DNA from: a virus
Taxonomy: Duplodnaviria > Heunggongvirae > Uroviricota > Caudoviricetes
DNA: 20,988 bases
Virus record (IMG/VR): IMGVR_UViG_2778261588_000006
Span: 1-20,988 of that record
Strand: one strand, 5' to 3'
Shown here: piece by piece, positions 8,643 through 15,893 of the stretch
How the letters are laid out: each line of letters opens with the position of its first letter
Numbering within the stretch: the stretch's first letter is position 1
The notes under the pieces: model-generated
Told to the model about the DNA's origin: nothing
The model's database searches: none
Seen by the model: the letters and a program-made list of their open reading frames with translations, nothing else
Program-made: the position numbers and the translations under genes

Positions 8643-8825
8643 TCAGAATGGGTTGTATCCATGTTTAAAGGCGAAATCGTATGCCTCACCCTTAGTGCTG
8701 AAGTATTCATAATCAGCAAATCCATCACGATAAAACTTGCAGCACCAATGAGGCGGAATGCCATCCTCAGGGCCATAGTTTTGATGGAAAACATCCTCGA
8801 CGATTATATTTTCATCTTTTCCCAT
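8643..8825 (-). CDS. Hypothetical small protein (60 aa)
   Basis: ORF with GGGGTGA upstream; co-oriented. Confidence 0.4.
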   Translation of the reverse strand: MGKDENIIVEDVFHQNYGPEDGIPPHWCCKFYRDGFADYEYFSTKGEAYDFAFKHGYNPF

Positions 8826-8879
8826 ATCTCACCCCAAATAAGTGGTTTGCTGCGAAAGTAAATACGCTTAAGTTACCTG

Positions 8880-9017
8880 TTATTTATCCCACCAAGTTCC
8901 GTATCTATCTATCCAGTTACACCAATCATCGACACTCCATTTTGTTGTGTCGCATTTTGGCAACTGGCATGAATATCTACCTTCTTTGTAAAGTCGGCGT
9001 TTGACTTTCTTGAGCAT
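8880..9017 (-). CDS. Small Cys/Trp-rich protein (45 aa)
   Basis: ATG with GAGGTGA SD; begins 8 nt after the N-like gene; C-x4-C...C spacing suggests a metal-binding knuckle. Confidence 0.35.
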   Translation of the reverse strand: MLKKVKRRLYKEGRYSCQLPKCDTTKWSVDDWCNWIDRYGTWWDK

Positions 9018-9025
9018 GGCTCACC

Positions 9026-9331
9026 TCAATCGTAATAAGCTGGAATTGATTTTCCGCGTTGCTTCTGGCGGCCTGAGCAAGTCACACCCATTTCACTGCG
9101 TGGCTTGCGGTAGTAAATACGATTCTGTTTACTCTCGACTTCTTCTGCCTTCTTGCAGCGAAGGCTTCCGAGTGATGCTGCTTTATCTGCTCTGACGCAA
9201 CCAGAGAGCTTTAGCGCAATTTTTCGCGCCAGTCGCTGCTCTTGCATTGCCTGTTCACGTTGAGCCTGTCTGCGTGCTCTGCGGCGATTTCTGGCGTTAT
9301 CGTCAGCCAGATATGTAATGACTACTGTCAT
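9026..9331 (-). CDS. N: N-like transcription antiterminator with arginine-rich motif
   Basis: 101-aa basic protein with N-terminal ARM (NARNRRRARRQAQREQ) like lambda/P22 N; GGAGGT SD; located ~315 nt downstream of a boxA-boxB nutL. Confidence 0.6.
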   Translation of the reverse strand: MTVVITYLADDNARNRRRARRQAQREQAMQEQRLARKIALKLSGCVRADKAASLGSLRCKKAEEVESKQNRIYYRKPRSEMGVTCSGRQKQRGKSIPAYYD

Positions 9332-9645
9332 GTTGACCTCCGATGAAACAACTTTGGAATTTTTTTTATTACAAAGTGGTTTCCTTCCCCGCCAATTAGA
9401 CGGGGATGGAAGAGCATTTATGAGCCTTTATGGACTCTGCTCGATCAGTTCTATTTAATTAATCTCTCAATTGAATGTAAGTATTCACATAAATCCTCCT
9501 ACCTCTTGTGCAGCTTTCTTGAATATGGTGGCGGCTGCATAACGCCTATGGAATTGACTTTGGCGGTGACGCGCCGGGTGCTTATCTTCCGGTTGCCGTC
9601 GTGCAGCTGCACTTCACGTCACCCCAAAGCCAACTACTCTTTGGT

Positions 9646-9688
9646 TCCCGCATTTCGGCGGGACAATCCCATCAATGTTAAAGAGCCT
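9646..9688 (-). promoter_or_regulatory. nutL: boxA (GGCTCTTTAACA) + 12-nt spacer + boxB hairpin (TCCCGC-CGAAAT-GCGGGA)
   Basis: Minus-strand boxA matches the CGCTCTTTAACA consensus; boxB stem and loop are identical to the nutR copy at 11341-11362. Confidence 0.6.
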
Positions 9689-9734
9689 GCCAATCTGTTC
9701 CGTTTGGCTTCCAGCGTCCTGCTGATGGCTAAAG

Positions 9735-9772
9735 AATACTGTAGGTATTTTATTGTGTAAATACCCAAGGTA
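9735..9772. promoter_or_regulatory. OL operator region: two dyads ATACTGTAGGTAT (9735-9747) and ATACCCAAGGTAT (9760-9772)
   Basis: Same ATAC-N5-GTAT dyad as at OR, centres 25 bp apart, upstream of nutL and N (PL region). Confidence 0.5.
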
Positions 9773-9905
9773 TTTATTTTTGGTGAAATAATGATAAGCA
9801 AATGAATACAAAGGATATTTATTTTTTCGGTGTCTGCTTGTTCAGTGCTTTTTATGCGGGATATGTGAAGTGGATCCCGATAGCTATTGCTGCCGGGATT
9901 ATAGG

Positions 9906-10274
9906 TTAGTCAGCGAAGGTTAAGACGAGAATTACCTTAATGATGTCTGCTACAACAGACACGGCCATAGATAAACCAAAGACGATCCAAGCCACAGTGA
10001 TGTCTTCACTACCATCGTATAGAGTTCCGTAATCACTGGTGTAAGGCGTAAATGTCGCGCCTTGATACAATAGGTATAAGCTTGATCCATAGAGGATAAA
10101 TGCAGATATCCCTTGTATTGCTATGATCACCAGAATCATGAAACGAGCTGATCTATGCGCCCAAGCCTGGCTTATTTTTTCTGATAGAGATTTCGCAATA
10201 AAAGCATGCGCTAAGCCGTAAATTGTCGAGATTGCCAACATCCCAAAAAAGCTTGCTATAGCGGTTCCAACCAT
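9906..10274 (-). CDS. Small integral membrane protein (122 aa, ~3 TM) co-oriented with cI, in the rex/sie position
   Basis: ATG 18 bp after the cI stop with AAGGGG SD; three hydrophobic helices; no family recognised. Confidence 0.55.
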   Translation of the reverse strand: MVGTAIASFFGMLAISTIYGLAHAFIAKSLSEKISQAWAHRSARFMILVIIAIQGISAFILYGSSLYLLYQGATFTPYTSDYGTLYDGSEDITVAWIVFGLSMAVSVVADIIKVILVLTFAD

Positions 10275-10292
10275 AAGCGCCCCCTTGCGTGA

Positions 10293-11009
10293 TCAAACCA
10301 GTCTGAGTTTTGTCTCAATTGCAACGCCTATAATCTTGCAGTTTCCATTGATTGGCACGAGAGGCCATGCAGGATTAAGTCCCTTGAGGTATTTATTTCC
10401 GCCGTCGATTATCAGCTTCTTGAATGTTGCTTCGTTAGAGTCAGAAAGTTTTGCTATGACCAAGCTGCCGTTGATCGCCTCCCTTCCGGTATCGAAAAGA
10501 ACGAATGTTCCCTCTGGAATGCTTAACCCAACCGGTGCCGTCATTGAATCACCTTCCACTTTAAGCCAGAACGCATTACCTTGAATATGCGCGTCAGACT
10601 CAAGCCAAACATCTATGTCTTTAATGGTGTATGGTTCGCATGCTTCACACCACGAGCCAGCCTGGATACTGCTTAACACCGGATACCTCTTTCCTGCTCT
10701 GTATTCCCCTGCATACCTTACGTTGGCATCGCTCTTAAGGCTTTCTGCCTGTTCTGCAACCTTGGCAGCAATTGACTGGCTAAAATCAGCAATTGAGACT
10801 TGCAACAATCGTGCAAAACCAGATGCAACCTCAACGTTTAGCGCGTTTCTGCCATTAAGATAATGCCCTACCGCTCCTTGGGTGATACCCAGTTCATCAG
10901 CGATTGAGTATTGGGTTATTCCCAATTCTTTCTTTTTTGACTCATACAAAGCCTTAAGCCGCTTAGCGTCTTCGAGCTGTTCTGTCGTCAGTGATTTTTT
11001 ATTTTCCAT
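10293..11009 (-). CDS. cI: CI-type prophage repressor (HTH + S24 LexA-like peptidase domain)
   Basis: N-terminal HTH (LGITQYSIADELGITQGAVGHYLNG), EGDSM serine motif and downstream Lys; divergent from cro across operator dyads; no SD, consistent with leaderless PRM-type mRNA. Confidence 0.9.
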   Translation of the reverse strand: MENKKSLTTEQLEDAKRLKALYESKKKELGITQYSIADELGITQGAVGHYLNGRNALNVEVASGFARLLQVSIADFSQSIAAKVAEQAESLKSDANVRYAGEYRAGKRYPVLSSIQAGSWCEACEPYTIKDIDVWLESDAHIQGNAFWLKVEGDSMTAPVGLSIPEGTFVLFDTGREAINGSLVIAKLSDSNEATFKKLIIDGGNKYLKGLNPAWPLVPINGNCKIIGVAIETKLRLV

Positions 11010-11045
11010 AGCTTAATTCTAATAGCTAAGGTACTTAAACTAAAA

Positions 11046-11083
11046 ATACCCTGAGTATTGATTGCTTTGAATACCTGTAGTAT
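11046..11083. promoter_or_regulatory. OR operator region: two dyads ATACCCTGAGTAT (11046-11058) and ATACCTGTAGTAT (11071-11083); PR/PRM
   Basis: Dyad-symmetric 13-mers 25 bp apart between divergent cI and cro; same motif as at OL. Confidence 0.55.
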
Positions 11084-11115
11084 TCTTTGTTCATGGTTAA
11101 TAACGGAGAGTGCAT

Positions 11116-11310
11116 ATGATTCGAATGACACTTGCCGATTACGCCAAAATCCATGGACAGGCTAAAGCAGCCAGTGACTTTGGTGTAATCCAGTGCGCTA
11201 TCAGCAAGGCCATTCTGGCAGGCCGTAACATCATGGTTACGGTAAAGCCTGATGGCAGTGTGATTGGAGAGGAAGTTCGTCCTTTCCCAAGCAACAAGAA
11301 AAACAAATAG
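11116..11310 (+). CDS. cro: Cro repressor
   Basis: [15 protein letters not shown]...[24 protein letters not shown]...RPFPSNKK closely parallels lambda Cro; GGAGAG SD. Confidence 0.9.
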   Translation: MIRMTLADYAKIHGQAKAASDFGVIQCAISKAILAGRNIMVTVKPDGSVIGEEVRPFPSNKKNK

Positions 11311-11316
11311 TAACAC

Positions 11317-11362
11317 CGCTCTTTAACAGTCATGGTCCTCATTCCCGCCGAAATGCGGGAAT
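11317..11362 (+). promoter_or_regulatory. nutR: boxA (CGCTCTTTAACA) + 12-nt spacer + boxB hairpin (ATTCCCGC-CGAAAT-GCGGGAAT)
   Basis: Consensus boxA 6 nt after the cro stop; 8-bp stem with GAAA-type loop. Confidence 0.65.
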
Positions 11363-11418
11363 ACAACGCGCATAAGTTGATGCGCATAACTTCTTATTTG
11401 TTAAGGAAATACTTACAT

Positions 11419-11697
11419 ATGGAACTTACAAGTACTCGCAAGAAAGCGAATGCAATTACAAGCAACATCCTGAATCGAATTGCTGTACGTGGTCAGCGAA
11501 AGGTTGCCGACGCGTTAGGGATTAATGAATCGCAAATTTCGCGATGGAAAGACAGCTTCATCCCAAAAATGGGAATGCTTCTGGCTGTTCTTGAATGGGG
11601 TGTTGAAGACGAGGAGTTGGCGGAACTGGCTAAGAAAGTAGCCAGAATGCTGACAAAAGAAAAAGCCCCGAAGAACGGCGAATTCTTCGAGGCCTGA
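11419..11697 (+). CDS. cII: CII transcriptional activator
   Basis: ESQISRWK...MLLAVLEWGV matches lambda CII core; lambda-like leader TAAGGAAATACTTACAT-ATG; the longer track ORF from 11332 would overlap nutR. Confidence 0.85.
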   Translation: MELTSTRKKANAITSNILNRIAVRGQRKVADALGINESQISRWKDSFIPKMGMLLAVLEWGVEDEELAELAKKVARMLTKEKAPKNGEFFEA

Positions 11698-11731
11698 TGT
11701 AGAAAGACTGGATCAATCCACAGGAGTAATT

Positions 11732-12376
11732 ATGACATACGAAAATGACAAATTCCAGGTTCTGAAGAGCATGAAGGTGCCAGATGATTTTAAATCAAAT
11801 GGCTTTGTTTATGTGCTTTCGAATGAGTGCATGCCAGGAATTTATAAGATTGGGATGACTAAGCATTCACCAGAAGTTAGGGCTAAAGAAATTTCAGCCT
11901 CTACTGGCGTTCCTAAGCCATTTAAGGTGATAGCAGCCTTTCATTCAAATAATCCCGCATCAGATGAAAAACTCATTCATAAAGCCTTTGCAAAAGAGAG
12001 GCTTAGTGATAATCGAGAGTTTTTCAAGCTTGAAGATAATGATCTTTCTGAATCTCTAAATGAAATAAGGGCGCTGGTTGGCCCTGAACGAAATGGCGAG
12101 ACGGCAGAATACGCAATTTACGACTCATTCATTTCTTTTCGCCATGAAAATGAGCTTGATCTTAATGAGGAGCTTATAGAGCAAGGTCTGGGTAGTGTAG
12201 TTGGTCATCTTCCTGCGGTGAAAAATTTCCTTATTCGCGCCGGAATTGATTACGCGAAGCAACTGATAAGCAAATATAACTCATCGATAGTTATTAATAC
12301 AGATGGCAGTGTGGTGATGGTTAAGTCTCTTGAAGCCCAATGCTTTGATGCGGAGGTTGGAAATGAGCCTTGCTGA
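11732..12376 (+). CDS. T5orf172 (GIY-YIG-like nuclease) domain protein, 214 aa
   Basis: N-terminal GFVYVLSNECMPGIYKIGMT...EVRAKE matches the T5orf172/GIY-YIG pattern; CAGGAG SD; stop overlaps the O start. Confidence 0.65.
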   Translation: MTYENDKFQVLKSMKVPDDFKSNGFVYVLSNECMPGIYKIGMTKHSPEVRAKEISASTGVPKPFKVIAAFHSNNPASDEKLIHKAFAKERLSDNREFFKLEDNDLSESLNEIRALVGPERNGETAEYAIYDSFISFRHENELDLNEELIEQGLGSVVGHLPAVKNFLIRAGIDYAKQLISKYNSSIVINTDGSVVMVKSLEAQCFDAEVGNEPC

Positions 12377-13157
12377 AGTATTTTACCTGCCGAAGAGTGA
12401 ACCTGTTGAACAGGAGCGAAGAGTGGCTGATATCGATGATGGTTACACCAGATTCGCTAACGAGCTGCTGGAAGCTATCGCAAGTGCCGATTTAACCGCT
12501 CGCCAGTTGAAAGTTATGCTGGCCTACGTCCGGAAAACATATGGATTCAATAAGAAAACAGATCGAATAGCCGATGAGCAAATTGCTCAGTTAACAGGAC
12601 TGTCAAGGCAGAATGTTAACAAGGCTAAAAAAGAACTGATTTCAATGAATTGCCTGTTTATGGATGGAAATCAAATCGGTGTAAATAGGGAGGTATCTGC
12701 GTGGCAATTCAGCAAGTGTCTCCAAGTTAGCAACTTTGTCTCGAAGTTAGAGACACACAAAAGACATTCTTTAAAGACAAAAGAAAATATTAATAAACCC
12801 CCTATATCCCCCAAAAAAGTTTCTCAGAAGTTCGACCCGCTAGAAACAGAGTTGCCTGATTGGTTATCAGCAGAAATATGGTTGTCGTGGGTTACCTATC
12901 GCAAGGAGATAGGTAAGTCGATCAAGTCTAAGCAAAGTGTCACTCAGGCTATCAACGTTCTAAGCAGAAGTCTGGAGAAGGGATATACACCTGAAGAAAT
13001 TATAAACCAGAGCATCGCCAGTGGTTGGCAGGGTATTTTTGAGCCCAAGACTCCAAAGGGGAAATCTCAACCGAGGCCGCAGCATCGAGCTATGCAGGAA
13101 AACTTTGCCACCAAAGATTACGGACAAACTGAAATGCCTTCATGGGCGCAGGAGTGA
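12363..13157 (+). CDS. O: Replication initiator O-like protein
   Basis: N-terminal domain (RRVADIDDGYTRFANELLEA...LKVMLAYVRKTYGFNK) parallels lambda O; GGAGG SD at 6 nt; iteron-like repeats inside the gene. Confidence 0.7.
   Translation: MSLAEVFYLPKSEPVEQERRVADIDDGYTRFANELLEAIASADLTARQLKVMLAYVRKTYGFNKKTDRIADEQIAQLTGLSRQNVNKAKKELISMNCLFMDGNQIGVNREVSAWQFSKCLQVSNFVSKLETHKRHSLKTKENINKPPISPKKVSQKFDPLETELPDWLSAEIWLSWVTYRKEIGKSIKSKQSVTQAINVLSRSLEKGYTPEEIINQSIASGWQGIFEPKTPKGKSQPRPQHRAMQENFATKDYGQTEMPSWAQE
12719..12800. other. Putative replication origin inside O: iteron-like repeats TGTCTC(C/G)AAGTTAG at 12719 and 12739, then A-rich ACACAAAAGACA...AAAGAAAATATTAATAAA
   Basis: Second repeat is a dyad (TGTCTC...GAGACA); adjacent A/T-rich block resembles the lambda ori arrangement. 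Confidence 0.45.
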
Positions 13158-13159
13158 AC

Positions 13160-14005
13160 ATGACGCTGGATGAAAAGATCTCCCAACTGGAGAAAAAACT
13201 TGCAGAATTGAGTTCTCCGCCAATTGCTATCGAGCATACAGCTGTAGAAATTGGCACTGGCATCTGTGAAAAACATGGTGAGTTTGAGCAGCGTAACCGT
13301 TACTCGACTGGGCCAATTAAGTTTGCCTCAAGACCTAGCGAATGCCCGGAATGCATGAGAGATGAGCTTATTCGGCTACAGGCAGAGAAGATTAAAATCG
13401 ACGAAGAATCACGTAAGCGCAATGTCGAGTTTCTGTTGAATAATCTTGATATTCCTGAACGATTCAAGGGTTGCACACTACAGAACTACGAGCCAGTCAA
13501 CGACGATGCAAAGAGAGTGCTCAGGGTGTGTCAGGCATACGCCAACAAATGGCCTGAGAGGTTACAGAAAGGCGGTGGGCTGGTTATGTGTGGAAAGCCT
13601 GGTACTGGAAAGAATCATCTTGCACTGGCTATCGCCCGGCACGCAATTACGGAACATCAAAGCTCAGCTATTTTCACAACGGCGCTGAAAATTGCCAGAG
13701 AATATAAATCAACATGGTCGAAAAACTCCACCCGCACAGAGGATGAAGTGATCCGACAGTTCACTAAACCTGACCTGCTAATTATCGATGAGGTTGGTGT
13801 GCAGTTCGGAAGCGAGGCGGAAAAGATGATCATGTTCGAAATCATCAACACCCGCTACGAGCGCATGAAGCCAACAATCCTGATTAGCAACCAGAGCAAA
13901 GATGAACTGTCTGCATTCATTGGTGAGCGTGTTATTGACAGGATGAATGATGGCGGCGGGTGCACTCTTGCGTTTACATGGGATAGTTACAGGAGCAGAT
14001 CGTGA
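13160..14005 (+). CDS. DnaC-like helicase loader (IstB-type AAA+ ATPase), lambda P functional analogue
   Basis: Walker A GKPGTGKNHLALAIA and Walker B LLIIDEVG; ATG at 13160 with GGAGTGA SD. Confidence 0.8.
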   Translation: MTLDEKISQLEKKLAELSSPPIAIEHTAVEIGTGICEKHGEFEQRNRYSTGPIKFASRPSECPECMRDELIRLQAEKIKIDEESRKRNVEFLLNNLDIPERFKGCTLQNYEPVNDDAKRVLRVCQAYANKWPERLQKGGGLVMCGKPGTGKNHLALAIARHAITEHQSSAIFTTALKIAREYKSTWSKNSTRTEDEVIRQFTKPDLLIIDEVGVQFGSEAEKMIMFEIINTRYERMKPTILISNQSKDELSAFIGERVIDRMNDGGGCTLAFTWDSYRSRS

Positions 14006-14292
14006 CTGGAAAAGAAATCATCCTGGAATATCTGAAAACTCATGAACAATTCTCCCCACATGAATTAGCACTGATCACCGGAATACCAAATAACAGAATC
14101 GCTCAAGCAGCAAGGCATATGGTGAAACAAGGACATTTGAGTGTTGTTGAGCGTAAGTGGAAGACGGTTATTTATGCAAAACGCAAAGTGAAGAAGGAGC
14201 CAATTAAAAGAAATCCAGATGGTACGGGGTGGGGATGTGCAAATCCAATGACGGCGTTTATTAATAGGGCGCTTATGGAGGTAAGGCAATGA
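14002..14292 (+). CDS. Hypothetical protein (96 aa), possible winged-helix, in ren position
   Basis: GTG start overlapping upstream stop (GTGA) with AGGAGC SD; followed by an intrinsic terminator. Confidence 0.45.
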   Translation: MTGKEIILEYLKTHEQFSPHELALITGIPNNRIAQAARHMVKQGHLSVVERKWKTVIYAKRKVKKEPIKRNPDGTGWGCANPMTAFINRALMEVRQ

Positions 14293-14319
14293 CCATCTAC
14301 ATCACTGAGCTAATAACAG

Positions 14320-14346
14320 GGGCTATTTACACAGTAGCCCTTTTTT
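14320..14346 (+). terminator. Rho-independent terminator (GGGCTA-TTTACACAG-TAGCCC-TTTTTT), tR2-like position
   Basis: 6-bp stem, 9-nt loop and T6 run on the plus strand between the replication and nin modules. Confidence 0.6.
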
Positions 14347-14373
14347 ATTGGATTAAGAACGAGGGGGATCCTG

Positions 14374-14586
14374 ATGGACACCGTTAACGGAATGTGTTCA
14401 GACGCACCGCGTGCCAAAAAATGTAAATGCGGAAAATTACCGACAATATTCGACATGGAGAACGGGTGCCAAATCTACTGCGCTAACCACGCCGCTGTGG
14501 CGGCCGCGAATTATCGCAGTGCGGTAACGGAGTGGAATAACCTGAAATCTGTTAGAGAGGGAAGTCATGAAAAAACTAACCTTTGA
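14374..14586 (+). CDS. Hypothetical Cys-rich small protein (70 aa)
   Basis: GAGGGGG SD 6 nt upstream; C-x-C...C...C pattern; overlaps ninB start. Confidence 0.4.
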   Translation: MDTVNGMCSDAPRAKKCKCGKLPTIFDMENGCQIYCANHAAVAAANYRSAVTEWNNLKSVREGSHEKTNL

Positions 14587-15007
14587 AATTCGATCTCCGG
14601 CACATCAGCAAAACGCTATTCACGCAGTACAGCAAATCCTTCCAGACCCAACCAAGCCAATCGTAGTGATCATTCAGGAGCGCAACCGCAGCTTAGACCA
14701 GAATCGGAAGCTTTGGGCTTGCCTTGGTGACGTCTCTCGTCAGGTTGAATGGCATGGGCGTTGGCTGGATGCAGAAAGCTGGAAGTGTGTGTTTACCGCA
14801 GCATTAAAGCAGCAGGATGTTGTTCCTAACCTTGCCGGGAATGGCTTTGTGGTAATAGGCCAGTCAACCAGCAGGATGCGTGTAAGCGAATTTGCGGAGC
14901 TATTAGAGCTTATACAGGCATTCGGTACAGAACGTGGCGTTAAGTGGTCAGACGAAGCGCGACTGGCTCTGGAGTGGAAATCGCGATGGGGAGACCGGGC
15001 AGCATGA
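14567..15007 (+). CDS. ninB: NinB (Orf) recombination protein
   Basis: Sequence is near-identical to lambda NinB as I recall it ([31 protein letters not shown]...). Confidence 0.9.
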   Translation: MKKLTFEIRSPAHQQNAIHAVQQILPDPTKPIVVIIQERNRSLDQNRKLWACLGDVSRQVEWHGRWLDAESWKCVFTAALKQQDVVPNLAGNGFVVIGQSTSRMRVSEFAELLELIQAFGTERGVKWSDEARLALEWKSRWGDRAA

Positions 15008-15177
15008 TGCGATGTTATCGGTGCGGTGAATGCAAAGAAGATAACCGCTTCCGACCAAATCAACCTTACTGGAATCGATGGTGTCTCCGGTGTGAAAGAA
15101 CACCAACAGGGGTGTTACCACTACCGCAGGAAAAGGAGGACGTGTGGCGAGACAGCGACGAAGTATCACCGACATAA
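15004..15177 (+). CDS. ninD: NinD
   Basis: [34 protein letters not shown]... matches lambda NinD; ATGA overlap with ninB stop. Confidence 0.8.
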
Positions 15178-15320
15178 TCTGCGAAAACTGCAAATACCTT
15201 CCAACGAAACGCTCCAGAAATAAACGCAAGCCAATCCCGAAAGAATCTGACGTAAAAACCTTCAATTACACGGCTCACCTGTGGGATATCCGGTGGCTAA
15301 GACATCGTGCGAGGAAATGA
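15144..15320 (+). CDS. ninE: NinE (GTG start)
   Basis: Frame encodes [56 protein letters not shown], matching lambda NinE; GGAGGA upstream; overlaps ninD 3' end out of frame. Confidence 0.6.
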
Positions 15321-15724
15321 CAATGCTTTTAATTCAACCTGGATTTGGACTTAGCATCAAAAAAGGCCACATGTTTGGCGAGAAAGAGTCACAACGAAAA
15401 ATGGTGTCTATCCGGTTGCCATTTATCAGTATTTATTGGCTAAACAGGGAGGCAACAAATTATTGGTATACATGCGCCAGAGCAGCATTTAACGACCCTG
15501 ACTGGTTTGTGAAAAACCACCACGCAGTTCGTCAGGCAAAGAGAAAGGCCAACATGACATACATGAAGGCGTATCAAAAAGCATGGAAAGAACACCGCGA
15601 TCGATACCAGCAAGACATGGAAAAGCTTGAATCAGAAAACATGGAATTAAGACGAAAGCTTGGTGAAGCAAAACGAGACATTGATGCTTACAAGCGACTT
15701 TTTAATGGTGAAAGCCATGCTTAG
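15317..15724 (+). CDS. Hypothetical protein (about 135 aa) with C-terminal coiled coil, inserted between ninE and ninF
   Basis: ATG overlapping ninE stop (ATGA); no equivalent gene in lambda at this position; start uncertain. Confidence 0.45.
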
Positions 15725-15893
15725 TCCATCCCAATCTCTTCAATACCAGAAAGAAAGCGTCGAGCGGGCTTTAACGTGCGCTAACTGCGGTCAGAAGCTG
15801 CATGTGCTGGAAGTTCACGTGTGCTCCGATTGCTGCGCAGAACTGATGAGCGATCCGAATAGCTCAATGTACGAGGAAGAAGACGATGAATGA
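15717..15893 (+). CDS. ninF: NinF
   Basis: [36 protein letters not shown]... matches lambda NinF. Confidence 0.8.
   Translation: MLSPSQSLQYQKESVERALTCANCGQKLHVLEVHVCSDCCAELMSDPNSSMYEEEDDE

Noticed and set aside
9802-9909. Small plus-strand hydrophobic ORF (35 aa) convergent with the end of the cI-linked membrane gene
   Set aside because: No SD, overlaps the OL/PL operator region and the 3' end of the minus-strand gene; likely spurious.
11332-11418. N-terminal extension of the cII ORF (track ORF starts at 11332)
   Set aside because: Would overlap the nutR boxB hairpin and lacks an SD; the ATG at 11419 has a lambda-like leader and aligns with the lambda CII N-terminus.
15281-15316. Upstream start of the ORF between ninE and ninF (track ORF from 15281)
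   Set aside because: Would overlap ninE coding sequence; the ATG at 15317 overlaps the ninE stop in the usual coupled arrangement.
15841-15870. Second CUGAUGA hammerhead-core heptamer inside ninF
   Set aside because: No flanking stems II or III, no GAAA element at the right spacing, and it lies inside a conserved coding sequence; chance occurrence.
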